A stretch of DNA of 64,000 nt from Squalus acanthias (Eukaryota), in contig CM059432.1 of NCBI GenBank assembly GCA_030390025.1, positions 92,940,001 to 93,004,000 on the forward strand, written 5' to 3'. The number at the start of each line of letters is the position of its first letter. The first letter of the stretch is position 1. Shown here in pieces: positions 12,950 through 26,699 of the stretch. The notes under the pieces are model-generated. The model saw nothing but the letters and a program-made list of their open reading frames with translations, was not told where the DNA came from and searched no databases. The translations under genes were made by a program, and so were the position numbers.

Positions 12950-14870
12950 TTGTCCATGTTGCTTGTGGATAACATTGCTCTTCCACAGTGCTCTTAAAGT
13001 TTAATTTCTTGAGTTTTATATCAGAACCTCTTAACACATTGTGAGCAATACCACAGGAGATCTACTAATATCTATATATTAAAAATATTGTGTGTACTTC
13101 CGACCTGTACAACTTGACTTGTCACATTTGTCTCACTTTTTGTCAACTTTTTTTCCCATTATAAATTCCTTTGGCCACAAATATAATGAGATTGTGAAAT
13201 CTGGCCACCAGGTTCCACAAATTGCTCAAAATGCTTTTGAGTTTTTTTTATTTTGCCATTTTTTTTGTTAGAAACAGATCTAATACCAATAGCATGATGA
13301 AATGTATCTATTAAATTGTCTTGTCTTTTAATATTTGCATTAAAGTTTTCGCTTGAAGATTTTAGCCTCTCCCAAAAGCCTGGGCTTGGTGTTAATATTT
13401 TTGCCCAGAGTTGAATTTGGAGTGTGCATCACGAGAGGGTCCAGTGTACCTAATTTGCTCGGATGCACATATATCATGCAGTCAGCTGTACTGATGAAAT
13501 ATTTTGTTAGTTCCATGCAGTTTCTGGACAAAATTTCAAAAATCATTACATTCAGGTAAAATTTTTGTGTCGTTTAATCAGGCTGTGTGTGAGTGAGGGG
13601 TGTTCAGGAGAGACAGGCTACTGATAACACTTGTAGCTCTTGTTTTGTATTCTATAAACTTCAGTAAGTGCATTAAACTCAGAGTACCTTTTTTCATTTT
13701 GTAATTGAGTTCATTTTTCATAAAAGCAATTTGTTACATTTTTGAAGGCAACAGTTTCTAATCATCTCGCCTGATGTTGTGTTGCCAAAACAGCATGATA
13801 TCACCTGTTACTTTGACCGTTAAAAAATGTGAACAATTTAATTGCTGTCAGTTGTCGGAAACAGAGTCACAGTCTTTCCTTATTTCATTTCAAAATTAAA
13901 AGCATAAATGAGTTGAACTTTGAAAGCTGTAACTACTACCTGTGTTTTGTTGATGGTAATTATAAAGTTTACATTTTCTTACAACATGTACACACGTATT
14001 TACAGGGATCCCTATGAAAGTCACAAACCAGTGCTGCCAAAAAATAATTCTATTCTTTTCACCCATGCCCTCCCCCCCCCCCCCCCCCCCCCCCCACCAC
14101 CACATCTGACAGGTGCCAAGAATCCACCAGTGAGCCAAAAACCTGACATTCTACCCAGCTGTGACAAACCTCAGCTCTGCCTTCTACAGTTCTGCCAAAC
14201 CCAAGGTCCCCCCTCCTCAGTGATGCCAGATCAAAGACCTTCCCACCCTCTCCCATGCAGTTCTGCCAAACCCCAAAAACATTCAAGCCCTAAGAACATT
14301 CTCTGTTCTACCAAAGCCCAGGGCTGCCCCCAAGTGCTGCTAGACCCCATTATCTCACCTCAACACTGCAGTCCACATACATCTACCTCCAATTAGTGAT
14401 TATTTACACACCATCTTTGTGTTGTTCAGCATTAACAATGGTAAAGGATAAATACATTGGTTAAGCAATTTGTATATATAGAATGCATTTTAATAAACAT
14501 GAAATAATGATTTATTCAGTCACTGTAAACTAGTTGCCTAGATGTTGTCCCATTCATTGAATAAACATCCTTATCATAACAGTGACTCCTCTGACTGGTG
14601 AGCAACGCCACTGGAGATCTAGTAATATATTAAAAGTCGTGTGTGTGTGTGTATAATGTGCACTTCCAGTAAGGATCACACTTTCTGTCGCATTTAATTG
14701 ATAACCGTCCTGTTGTAAAATATCATATCCTCTGATTCACCACGAGGAATGCCACGAGATCTGCTTGTGGTGTATGCAAATATGGAGAGCTTTTTATAAT
14801 AATGAGACTGTTAATTTTGTTTTTTGATTTTAGAAACTGACTATAGAAGCCATTCAAGATGCAAATAAAT
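12950..14870 (+). mobile_element. Helitron-like tandem (unit ~13065-14622 plus flanking partial units)
   Basis: Hairpin GTG(A)GC-AAC-GCCAC then CTAG|T at 14598-14623, followed by TAATATATTAAAA; a degenerate equivalent junction at 13041-13085; the sequences downstream of both junctions are homologous. Confidence 0.5.
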
Positions 14871-15554
14871 AACTTTAGAATAGGGTCTGTCATGCAACAC
14901 TTTTTAAAGAGGATGATGAATGAGAAAACAATGGAGAGATTAAGAATAAGTAGTAAGAAAACATGACTATAAATGACAATTTTACAAAATCTTTCCTCTT
15001 TTCAAAAACTGAAATCGTTTTTTAAAATAAAATCAGTAAGACAAATGGAAAAGGAAGCAATAGAAGGAAGGTTTCAAAATAGAAGTATCAGTGACTGAGA
15101 TAATTGCACAAAAATGGGTGTCCTGACTGGTGATCTTGTGTTGAGAACCAATAGATTTCAGTGCCGACTTGTGCTTAGACCACAGTGGTAGGAAAATATT
15201 TTTCTGTACCCCCAACCCATTAAACATGGAAATGGTGTAGTTCTGATGCACTTCTGTGCCCATTTATAAATGCATTTTATGCTGCCCTTTTTACAAGTAA
15301 ACACTTAATTGTGGATAGAATTTATCTCGGGCAGTATGCATGCCACTAAGCAGTTTTGCAATTCAACTGTATATCGAAGTGATTGTTTCTTAAGGGTTCA
15401 ACAGGGTGCACTACGGTCCATTTGTCCACATCTGAGCATTGGTTGATAGCATCTAATCAATCTGCCTACAGGGGGGTTTCATTATATTAATGAGAAAACT
15501 GAGCAGTGATGAGTAACACTCTTAACCAAGCTCCCAACCCTGTCAGACAGTGTG

Positions 15555-16000
15555 TTACATAGGAACGGGATAAGCTATTTAACCCCTTGAGCCTGATCCA
15601 CCACTCAATTACATCATGGCTGATCTGTACTTCAACTCCATTTCCCTTGAAAAGCATTAATGTTCTAAATCGTAATGGGTTTTGATAGAGTAAATAAGGA
15701 GAAACTGTCCAGGGGCAGAAGGATTGGTTATCAGAGGACACAGATTTAAGAGGCGAGATGAGAAGAAATTTTATAATGCAGCGAGTTATGACCTGGAATG
15801 CACTGCTGAAAGGGTGGTGGAAGCAGATTCAATAATAACTTTCAAAAGGGAATTGGCTTAATATTTCGAAGGGGGAAAATTTGCAGGGCTATGGGGAAAG
15901 GGCAGAGGAGCGGGACTAATTGGATAGCTCTTTCAAAGAGCTGGCACAGGCACAATGGGCCGAATGGCCTCCTCCTGTGCTGTATCATTCTACGATTCTC
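15555..16000. mobile_element. CR1-type tail (minus, ~15555-15640) adjoining CR1 3' end (plus, ~15640-16000)
   Basis: tggaatgcactgctgaaagggtggtggaagcagattc...gggccgaatggcctcc. Confidence 0.75.
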
Positions 16001-18639
16001 AGCATGTGACTGCAAATGTTGACAACATTTGAAAGTTATAAAGTTGGCACTGGATTTAACCAAACTTCATAAATATGTGTATATGTATCTCGATGGGAGT
16101 GATGAATTTCTTGAATTCATAATAACAGCATAACTTTAAATGCTTAGATTTCAGCCAAGCTTCACAAATGAACTTCTCTGGCCAGAGACTAGGTAAAATA
16201 TCTTCTTTTGTGGGGGGGAGGGAGAGAGAAGATATGACTGAGACATTCTTAATACATTTTATTGCTGATTATCATGGCAAAATAAATGCTTGTCAGGTTT
16301 ATCCAAGACTGTTTTTAAGTATATATTTATTTGAATGGGAAAAAAATCTAAGGAGCATTAAAATAGAACTGATTAACTTAATATTTTCATTTTATGTCTG
16401 GGTGGTTCTAACAATTTTTCTACATAAAATGTATTATTGTTTCCACTCCTGCTATTCTCCATTACCTGGTTGAGAGGACAGGATTTGTGAATACTGTTTT
16501 TGATTTTGCAATTATTAAATATATGAAGTTGGGTAGAAGTCCTGCACACCAATTTTGCTCTCCAGTGGGGAAGGTGAGAGGGATGGTGAGAGGACATATG
16601 TTCAGATAGTTGCCTGATAACATGACTACAAACGGACTTGTGTGAGAAAATCATGGGTGCAAACTTGTATCATCCTACTCCATAGCACAGCAACACAGCC
16701 ATGTGTTGTGTTCATTTATAGAAGAGAACAGTGAGGCTGCTTGAAATGGTGAGTCGTAGCATAGAAAAGTATTCTTTCTGTCTATGGTGTCCAACTATGA
16801 CGAAGAAAATATACTTCCAAGTGTAAGTAGCAAAATGTGATTTGCTTTTGAATTTTTTAAAAAAAAAATCCTGTTTTATTTTTCTTTCCAGGAGTTAGCA
16901 ATTACTGTACATCCAAACTGACATGCATACACAAGCCTCCTCTGGTACAAAAGGAACACTGCTTGCTTTATTTCTCTTTTTTTGGAGAAAGGGGGCAAAT
17001 TGTCTTTCCCTCCATATCCGCGTGTTTATTTGCAGGGCGGGATGATCTAACCTCCAGGCACATCTATAAATAGTAATGCAACTCCTTAGCCAGCCCTCAG
17101 GAAGATATTCTTGAATGGAACACGTAGAAATTTCAGCATTGTTTCTCTCTTTACGCCCCCCCCCCCCCTCCCAATACCATCTATGTATCTGGTAATAAAA
17201 ACATTTGTAAGCAAACTGGAGTATGAGCATGCAAGTGTTCACACTAGCCCTTGTTAATAATTAAATCAATAAATAATTGCGATTTAGCATTGTTTTGCTT
17301 TTGTAACTTTGGGACTGTTTTTGTGTACAGGTGAGTGCTAAAGAGATCTAGATTCCCTTCCAACACAGTCATTAGTCCAGAGTGCTTCATATATTCTATT
17401 TTAATTCTGTCCCCTACATTGTAATTCCTCCAGACAAGGTTACCTGTATTTTCCGTTTAATCTGAATCATGCCAAAAATTGGTACAAGTATATCGAACAA
17501 ATTTTCAGGGTAATTTTTTAACTCTGGTTTTAGGTAATTGCAGTGAGATTCTCCAAATTGCTGTAAGTTTTAATTATCAAAATCATTCATGTTTTGTAAT
17601 GTATCTATGAATTGTCTGAAGATTTAAGTTTCTTCATTTTATAACTTTTTTAGAAAAACTGATGTTTATTTGTGAAGTTTATAAAAAGTGTCGAGGAAAA
17701 AATATTTTAAACTGATCAGAATGTGCTAGTGTTATAAAATTTAATAGATGGACAAACAATATTTCTTTTCAGTTCATGCCTTGTGATATTCCATATGATA
17801 CTGATATTACATTACCGTAATAAAAGCTACTAAACAGTGAAGGAAGAGTAGTAGCCAGGCTGTTGTACAGCTCTTCCTGACAACTGGTTCAATGACACAG
17901 ATGGTGGAGGGAAACTAAGTCGCCTGTTTCTTGCTTGTAGGAAGTCTCCAGTAGGAACAGAACAGGGAAGGGGAGAAAAACAAGAGGGTAATACAGCACA
18001 TTAAGAATTGTGGCAAATATTGTAGAAACAAAGTTGTGTTCTCAATATATTGCACTGCATTTCCAAATGTTTTCCAAGTACAGATAGATGTATTTTTTAA
18101 AACTGCTCAAGCACTCTGCTGATTAATTCCCGTGCTGTATTAGATGACATTAAACGCTGAAACTGTTGCATAGCTCAAGTAAATAATTAACACACGGTGA
18201 GAGATGCAACTTGATCATTTACATGGTGTTCTGAAAAATGCCATATGACTGTGGGAATTTGCATTACAAAATGCATAAAGTAGGCTCTGCCTCTCTTAGA
18301 TGCTCTTCAGAAAGATGTAAACTTTTGGTAGAGCCTGATTAGACAGTCTCTGCTGGATCTAGCAATCCCTGGGCGAGAATTATCTCTGGTTCATGCTCCT
18401 AAATGTTATCCAGTGCCTTCCACAAGTAGTACGCATGTTAGTGTTGCCTGACAACAGGGTCAGACATAACCACTATGGATGAATAGTCTGTACTGCAGTA
18501 TATGGGAGAAAAAATGGCAGTTGGGTGAGCTATTGATTGGAGGATAACTAGCACCCAAAAACCTGTACCCAAGAATGTGCCATTGCCTTCACGAAGGGGA
18601 TGGAGCAGGAGAAAATTGGAGGCAGGGGAAAACCAACCT

Positions 18640-20090
18640 ATTAAGCAGAACTAGCCGCGCCTCTAGTCAAGCTGTTCCAGTACAGCTACAACACTGGCAT
18701 CTATCCGACAATGTGGAAAACTGCCCAGGTATGCCCTGTCCACAAAAAGCAGGACAAATCCAATCTGGCTAATTACCGCCCCATCAGTCTACTCTCAATC
18801 ATCAGCAAAGTGATGGAAGGTGTCGTCAACAGTGCTATCAAGCGGTACTTACTCACCGATGCCCAGTTTGGGTTCCGCCAAGACCACTCGGCTCCCGACC
18901 TCATTACAGCCTTGGTCTAAACATGGACAAAGGAGCTGAATTCCAGAGGTGAGGTGAGAGTGACTGCCCTTGACATCAAGGCAGCATTTGACCAAGTGTG
19001 GCATCAAGGAGCCCTAGTAAAATTGAAGTCAATGGGAATCGGGGGGGGGGGAAAACTCTTCACTGGCTGGACTCATACCTAGCACAAAGGAAGATGGTTG
19101 TGGTTTTGGAAGTCAATCATCTCATTCCCAGGACATCGCTGCAGGAGTTCCTCAGGGCAGTGTCCTAGACCCAACCATCTTTAGCTGCTTCATCAATGAC
19201 TTTCCCTCCAACATAAGGTCAGGAATGGGTATGTTTGCCGATGACTGCACAGTGTTCAGTGCCATTCACTACTCCTCAGATAATGAAGCGGTCGATGCCC
19301 ACGTGCAACAAGACCTGGACGGCGTTCAGGCTTGAGCTGGTGTGTGGTGCGCATGTTACCTGCCACTTAAGTGCCAGGCAATGACTATCTCCAACAAGCA
19401 AGAGTCTAACCACGGCCCCATGACATTCAACGGCATTACCATCGCCGAATCCCCCACCATCAACATTCTGGGTGGGTCACCATTGACCAGAAACTTAACT
19501 GGACCAGCCACATAAATACTGTGGCAACAAGAATAGGTCAGAGGCTAGGTATTCTGCGGCGAGTGTCTCCCCTCCTGACTCCCCAAAGCCTTTCCACCAT
19601 CTACAAGGCATAAGTAAGGAGTGTGATGGAATACACTCCACTTGTCTGGATGAGTGCAGCTCCAACAACACTCAAGAAGCTCGACACCATCCAGGACAAA
19701 GCAGCCAGCTTGATTGGCACCCCATCCACCACCTTAAACATTCACTCCTTCCACCACCGACTTACTGTGGCTGCAGTGTGTACCATCTACAAGATGCACT
19801 GCACCTCCCAAACCAGTGACCTCTTCCACCTAGAAGGACAAGGGCAGCAGGCACATGGAAACACCACCACCTCCAAGTCACACACCATCCTGACTTAGAA
19901 GTATATCGTCGCTGGGTCAAAATCCTGGAACTCCCTCCCTAACAGCACTGTGGGAGTAGCTTCACCACATGGACTGCAGCGGTTCAAGAAGGCGGCTCAC
20001 CACCACCTTCTCCCGGGTAGTTAGGGATGGGCAATAAATGCTGGCCTTCCCAGCGATGCCCACATCCCATGAACGTATATATATAAAAAA
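18640..20090 (+). mobile_element. 5'-truncated CR1-group (Zenon-like) LINE with RT domain and 3' tail
   Basis: NYRPISLLSIISKVME, QFGFRQDHS, LDIKAAFDQVWH, GVPQGSVL and MFADD motifs with stops/frameshifts; tail gggcaataaatgctggcc. Confidence 0.9.
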
Positions 20091-20504
20091 AGTTTGAAAA
20101 CACAGGACGCACTATTGTCCCAAATGAGCATTGTTATTTCTGATCTTGCTCCTTACTTCCTGTTGCAAGTCTTTGATTTACCACTTAACAATCGTTATAC
20201 CTTATTTCTTTTAAGTATGGTACCCGAAAACATTTTCCAATCCGTTTGTTGCAATGACATTGTAGCATTCTAGCTAGGTAGAAGAAAATGGATGTAACAG
20301 TGATTACCACACCACCCATTGTTTCTGGGGCCCGAGTTTGAATCGAGCCGAAAAGAATGGAATTAAAATCTGCTTTCTGGCTTCTAAGGGCCCTAATCAG
20401 TTTGTTATTAGTTTACTCAGCACAAATCGATGTTATATCAGCAATCTCACATTGTAAATGTCAAATGGAATGATTTGCACAGATGTAGCAGGAAGATTGT
20501 TTGT

Positions 20505-20635
20505 CTCGCAGCACATAACAGTGCAATGCTCCCTCAGTACTAGTGTGTCAGCCTAGATTTTTGTGCTGGAGTGGGACTTGAACCCACAACCTTCTGACTC
20601 CGCGGTGAGAGTGCTACCAACTGAGCCACAGCTAA
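20505..20635 (-). mobile_element. tRNA-derived SINE head
   Basis: gggacttgaacccacaaccttctgactc...gctaccaactgagcc (B- and A-box-like on minus). Confidence 0.7.
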
Positions 20636-20639
20636 CATG

Positions 20640-20945
20640 GCTGAAGGGTCGATAACCAGAGGGCACAGATTTAAGGTGATTAGCAAACGAACCAGAGATG
20701 ACATGAGGAAAAACTTTTTTTTTTACTCCTTTAGTGGTTAGGATTTGGAATGCACTGCTTGATGGGATGGATACAGTTTCAGCAGTAGCCTTGAAAAGGG
20801 AATTGGATAAATACTTGAAGGAGAAGTAATTGCAGGGATATGGGCAAAGAGAAGGGGAGTGGGACTAACTGGATTGCTCTTCGAAAGAGCCGGCGCAGAC
20901 TCGATGGGCCAAATGGCCTCCTTCTGTACTGTTCTATGATTCTAA
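20640..20945 (+). mobile_element. CR1 3' end
   Basis: Homologous to 62080-62400 (reverse complement). Confidence 0.8.
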
Positions 20946-21154
20946 AATTCTATTATTGGAGCAGCGTAGAGCACTTTATGTTGCATCTAAAGCATGCACA
21001 ATCTAGTTTGAAAAAGCAAGTTTTTTTTATTCAGTTCTGATGCCCCTCACTTTACTACAGACCGAAGAAAGAATACTTCAAAAGATTTGTAGTAGAACCT
21101 AATTTGCTTTTAAATTTTTTTTAAAAATCCTCTATGGTTTGTTTTTCTTTTCAG

Positions 21155-22127
21155 GAGTCTGCGATTACATCCAAATCAACAGATGAGATGTACAGTGAGT
21201 ACAAAAGTGATCGAAATGAAATTTCCTATTGTTATCAACTGCTTCAGGAACTGAACGAACAGCGGCAGCAAGGCATTCTGTGTGATGTCAACATTGTGGT
21301 GAAGGGTCAGGTTTTCAAAGCCCACAAGAACATATTAGTTGCAGGCAGCCGTTACTTTAAGACTCTCTATTGCTATACTCCGAATGAGAGTTGTGACCAG
21401 GTCACAGTAACTCACCTCGATGTCGTTGCAGTACAAGGTTTCACAGTTATTCTTGATTTCATGTACTCTGGACATTTGGTTTTAACCAGCCAGAATGTAA
21501 TTGAGGTAATGTCTGTAGCAAGCTATCTACAAATGACTGACATTGTTCAGGCTTGCCGTGGTTTTATAAAGGATGCCCTAAACATCAGTACAAAATCTAA
21601 TGCGGCAGAGAAAATAATAATGCAGTATGAGAAGGTAAAAGTCTCCAACAGATCCCATAGAGACAACACAGTAGCCATGTTGAAACATGAGCCCAGCAGT
21701 CCTTGGATAGTCAAAACTACAAGTACAGTGAATAACTGTGCTGCAGGAGGCCTGCATGAAGAAAGAGCTAGGTATGAAATGGAGGGCTATAGTTTTGATA
21801 TGGGTTCAGTAATGGACCAGAATGAGAGCTACCAGATTAATGATTCAGCCTGGACTCAAGATAACTTTTCAGATTATGGTGGAAAAGATCTGCAGATGGG
21901 GCTACCTCAAGATCAGAGTTCTGCTTTTTCGTGGGGAAGTTTGGGAAAACTAATGTTGCATCAGACAGTGCCTCGAAGCGGACGAAGGAAAAACCACATA
22001 ACCAGAAGAATTGTCTACAATGTTGCACCAAAAGTTGAAGAGGGAGTTGGAGATAACTTGATGATACAGCCACCCATGGCATTTTCTGAGGATGGATTAC
22101 AGGAAATTCCTGTAGACGCATTTGCAG
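21155..22127 (+). CDS. ZBTB10: ZBTB10(-like) BTB/POZ-domain exon (phase 0 start, phase 1 end)
   Basis: Encodes EISYCYQLLQELNEQRQQGILCDVNIVVKGQVFKAHKNILVAGSRYFKTLYC...FIKDALNIS, matching the recalled ZBTB10 BTB domain, plus ZBTB10-like linker motifs (YQINDSAWTQD, RRKNHITRRIVYN, IQPPMAF). Acceptor tttttcttttcag|GAG at 21154/21155; donor GCAG|gtactg at 22127/22128. Confidence 0.9.
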
Positions 22128-22289
22128 GTACTGTATACGTAGGTCAGTCAAGAAATGTAAGAAAAGCATGTAACACAAGAAGTCACAGTGCATTGGTGTT
22201 TTTTGTTTCCTGTACAAAGTTTCTCCCTTTTCCTGAAGGCAGTAACTTATGGAGTATTTCCACAGGTGCCAGGGAATATTTAGAAATAG

Positions 22290-24200
22290 AAGACACAACA
22301 TGAAAATAGGCCATTTGTCAGCGTTTATCATCCATGCGAGCAAATAACCCAAATCATATTTACCTACACTGTTTCCGTATCCCTTTTCTTTTGTCCACCT
22401 ATCCAATCTAATCTTGAATATTGACAGTTCCTGCCTCTCTCTCCAACCCTGGCAGTGAATTCCATAACCTCACAACTCTGTGTAACATAGTTTCTCCTGT
22501 CCTCTGTTCTAAATCTCTTGCATGTAAACTTGCATGTATGGTCCCGAGTTCTTGACTCCTCAACTACTGGAAACAGTCTGCTTCTGTCTACCCTGTTCCA
22601 TCCTTTCAAAATTTTAAACACTTGTATTATACCACCCCATAATCTGTGTTGTCCTAAAGAAAAAAGCCCCAATTTTTCAATAATCTTCCTCTAGCGTGGA
22701 GCCCAATACTATACACAGTACTGTAACCAAGATCAGTAACAATAATGTTTTATATAGACTCTTATTTATCTCTTCGCTTTCTATTCTATACCTCGTGCTA
22801 AAAGCTAGGATTCCATAAATTTTTATTTAACCCGAGGTGCTGTCTCTAATGTCCTGTGAACTTGTACCTCCAAATCCTTTTGCTTTTCCGCAGCACTGCA
22901 CCTACTTTCATTCAGAGTATAGTTACTGCTAAAATTTTTTTACCAAAGTGTATCACATCGCACTTGCTGACATTGAATTCCATCTGCCACAATTTGGCCC
23001 ATTCCCCTGCCTTATCAAAATCCCCATGTAGCTTCCTTGGGGCTTTTAAAGAATTAATTACACCTTCTATTTTGATATTGCATGTAAATTGTGACCCCAC
23101 ACCCTAGGCTTAAATCCAAATAATTGATATACACAGTGAACGAAAGCAGCCCCAGAACTGAACCCTTTGGGACACCGCTACCCACTTTCAACCACTCTGG
23201 AAAAAATCTTCCCTTTAATGCCTACTATCTGTTTTCACTCTTCTAACCAGGTTGCCATCCTCCCCCTAATTAGGTCCCCTTCAATCTCTCGTAATTTGCA
23301 GTGTAGTACCTTGTCAAAAGCTTTCCTAAAGTCCATTCACACTACATCCACTGCATTTTCCCCATCTACCATGTCTGTAACCTTCTCATAATTCTGAGGT
23401 TTATAAAGCAGGATTACCTTTTTGAAATCCATCCTGGCTACTTCTAGTGGTTTCTCTTTCATCCTTAATTAAAGACTATAATTTTTTCCTACCACAGATG
23501 TTAAGCTAACTGGCCTGTAGTTATCCAAATTCATTATTACTTTTTCCCCCCCATTCTCCAGGTCTCTGGCACTCATCCACACTCAATAGAGCCCTGAAAT
23601 ATCATTTCTAGGGTCTCTGCAATTTCTGTCCTCGTCTCCTTCAGAATCCTAGGATGTATCCTGTCCAGCCCTGGTGCTCTGTCTTCTTTTAGCCTAACGA
23701 ACTTCCCTAAAATCTTTCTTTTCTTCATAATATTTCTCACCTCCGTCACAGCCACTTCATGATTCACCTCCTCTTCGATATCCTCCGATGCAAAGTGCCA
23801 CCTCTGCCATTTTCTGATCATCAACTGCAAATTGACAATCCTCTCCTCGGGTCCTACCTCTCTTTGAACAATTCTCTTTTTACTGATATACTTGCAAAGC
23901 AATTTACTGTTCCTTTTGATTTAAAAAAAAAAAATGTCCTCATATTCAGCCTTAGATTTCCTTATCCTGCTCTTAACCTCTTTTCTAACATTCTTATTCT
24001 CTAGTTTTTTCGTTGCTATAATTCTTGTAGTCCTCATTGGTTCTCTTCAATTTTAATTGGTTCATAACTTTCATGGCATCCTAATACTACCAGTAGTTTC
24101 CTTTTTTAATAGAATATATTTATTCTGTAGCTTTGATTTAAAAAAAAAAACCACACCCCACTGTTGCTCTACAGTCCTTTTCTGGCAATGTTTCCTTCCT
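22290..24200 (-). mobile_element. Degraded CR1 LINE ORF2
   Basis: WAKLWQMEFNVSKCDVIHFG, RAPGLDRIHPRILKE and GLFSLGQHRLWG on minus. Confidence 0.8.
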
Positions 24201-26699
24201 CCTCAACTCGGCTAGCTTGCTCCGAGTCTATTATTTTGCCCGAGTGGCTATTTTTTACAGGGGAAGTGTTTGCGTTGAATTGATCCTCAGCCCAACAGGG
24301 ACCATTGGCAAGAGATGAATTTTCCACCGCCTAGCCTGGGGTATGCTATAGCCAATTGTAGTGCCTGGAACTCTGCACAAACCCAGGATTGCACCAAGGG
24401 TCCTTTGGTCCGAATGGCTCAGTCCCATATCATGTGGTGTGCCTATTCAGTGAACCATAATGGAAAAACCCATTACTTGTTTGATTTAAAAATATATGTA
24501 TATCGAAAACTCTCCATCTGTTTGTCTGCCCCTCCCACTAGCCAGGAAAAAATTCAAGAAACTGGAGGATAGATTGTTCGGCAAGGGTATTAAGGGATAT
24601 GGAGCCAAGACAGATGGATGGAATTAAGATACAGATCAGCCATGATCTAATTGAATGGGGGCACAGGCTCAAGGTGCTGACTGGCCTATTCCTGTTCCTA
24701 TGTTACTAAGCATCTGGGGAATCATTCAAATGAGATCTGCTTACAGAACCTGTTGGGTTGTATTCTTCCGCAAATAAGCTACCACTAAGGCTCAGATGTG
24801 ATCGTCAGATAGTTCTCAGAGTAACATGGCTATTATCCAGACGCCTTAATTGCTTCAGGGGTTCACATTTGACTACAGGTACGGGCCCAATTTACTGTAA
24901 GAAGCATTCTACTTTGCAGATAAATCCTGCTGAGTTTATCTAGTTCTCTTGTAGACGTAAATGGTCATAAGTCCATTTTGATATGTAGAAACTACTTTGA
25001 AAGGCTTCATAAAGTGATGGCAAACCTAAAGCTATCCTAGTTGTGATTCCCCCCCCCCCCTTTTTGCATGCCTCCATCCACCAAAAAAACTGTTTACCAA
25101 AGCCGGCAGTGTTGCTTCTGTACGAGAGGAGGCTTTACTTGTACTTTAGAATATCGGGCAGACTTCAGTTCACAGATTTCCCCCCAAGTTCAAGACTATT
25201 GTTTTCTCAGGCCAGTGAGTGCTCCATCCATTGACCTGATTGCTTTTGAGCTACCCTCAAACTGGTCTCAACATTTAGACCAAAGAATTTTGCTCCAGTT
25301 TCTGTTTCCATATTGCTTCAGGATAATTCAGTTTAATGTGGACATGTTGGTGTTAAATTTGTTGTTAGAATAATTTGCCATTTTTGTAGTCCAGTCTCTA
25401 AATACGAAAATGCTCTCTTTTCTGCTTCTCATTTCTCTTTTGGACTTGGTGCAACTTGAGCTTTCTGATTTAAAAAAAAATCTTCCAAGAATTCTTGTGT
25501 GTAATGTTAATTGCTTATGAAAATGATTGCCCTGCTATGAAACTCTATAAAGACCATTATCACTAGGTGTTCCCCATCTCTGACTTGAGTATTCATTTGT
25601 ATGTGGAAGTTGAACTGCATGTAAGTTTGAGTAAGACCATACCTATGAGAATGAGTAATCCCATATCCATTATGGTAACTTAACATTCATTCTCTTTGCA
25701 AACAATACTGGTGTATCTGACAGTGTTTATAATTGCATTAAGATTGCTTTAACTTGTCTTCCCCATCGCCTCCTGAGTAAAATTTGCAGAATTAAGTAAG
25801 AGATCTCAAATTTGTTGAGTTATGATGCCCAAGCTCAAAATATAACCCGTTAATATTCTTGCCTTGCAGTATTGTCTAGCAAAATTGTGTAAATTGCTTC
25901 AGGTCGCTAGCCACCTTACAGATAATGCCAAAAGAATCTATCCGTATATTGGTTATAACTTGGGCAGTATGGTTCTTAACTAGCCAGAGAGTAACAGAGG
26001 AAAGAAATTGTTAAATTAGCTAGGTGTTATCAGGAACAGTTGTCTGCACTTGTTTTTCCAATTTTTTTCACCACTACCACTACCTTCTGTTAAATAGCTG
26101 AAAATATGAATATAATATCAGTTCATAATATGATTTGCCAATATCATAGTTATTTCAACAAGAGTACTTATGACTATTGTGATTTTTTTTTAAAGTGTTA
26201 TGCAAAGATGTTTTGTAAAATAGAAGTGCTCATTTCCAAAATATAGCTACCAATTATACAACCTTTTAATTTGTAGCAAGAGAGGGCACATAATGGTCTG
26301 CCTCTGTGAGCCATTCTAACTGATGACAATGATACAGCTACATTGCAGGATGACTTCAAAATTGCTATCATTGAAAGGAACAAGATAAAAGTTGAACAAG
26401 GATTGTTTTATTTTTTAAATTCAAAATAAAATTGTACGTCAGAAAATTCCATTATATCGTGGAACTCTACAGGACTGGAAAATTGGTCTCTAATGTCTAT
26501 AGATTTTGTGATGGTTGGCTAAACAGCTGGAGCCTATATTTACTCTGCTTAGTTCTAAATTCCAGTTCGTGTCAGTCCCATAGTTGAAATGCATATATTA
26601 AAAATTGGTTTGGTGAACTTTAGAAATCAGAAAATAAGTATGGGATCTTTAAATTATGCATGTGGCAGCACTCCCCACCCCCCAAGATTGCTAAGTAAA

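Noticed and set aside
13920..14396. 158-aa proline-rich ORF
   Set aside because: Produced by a poly-C run and C/A-rich subrepeats of the Helitron-like repeat; no recognisable domain or splice support.
20570..20635. tRNA gene (also 54065-54155)
   Set aside because: A/B-box-like SINE heads contiguous with SINE bodies; no convincing cloverleaf.
21134..22303. 389-aa ORF as a complete single-exon BTB protein
   Set aside because: The first 7 codons overlap the polypyrimidine acceptor and the part after 22127 is intronic read-through; the zinc fingers are in downstream exons.
21837..22406. 189-aa antisense ORF (also 41232-41477)
   Set aside because: Shadow frames of ZBTB10 exons and CR1 sequence.
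25150..25215. Possible extra ZBTB10 linker exon (tttag...CCA|gtgagt); also a candidate near 26277
   Set aside because: Donor phase is incompatible with the phase-1 neighbours, or in-frame stops occur; no similarity to the recalled ZBTB10 linker.
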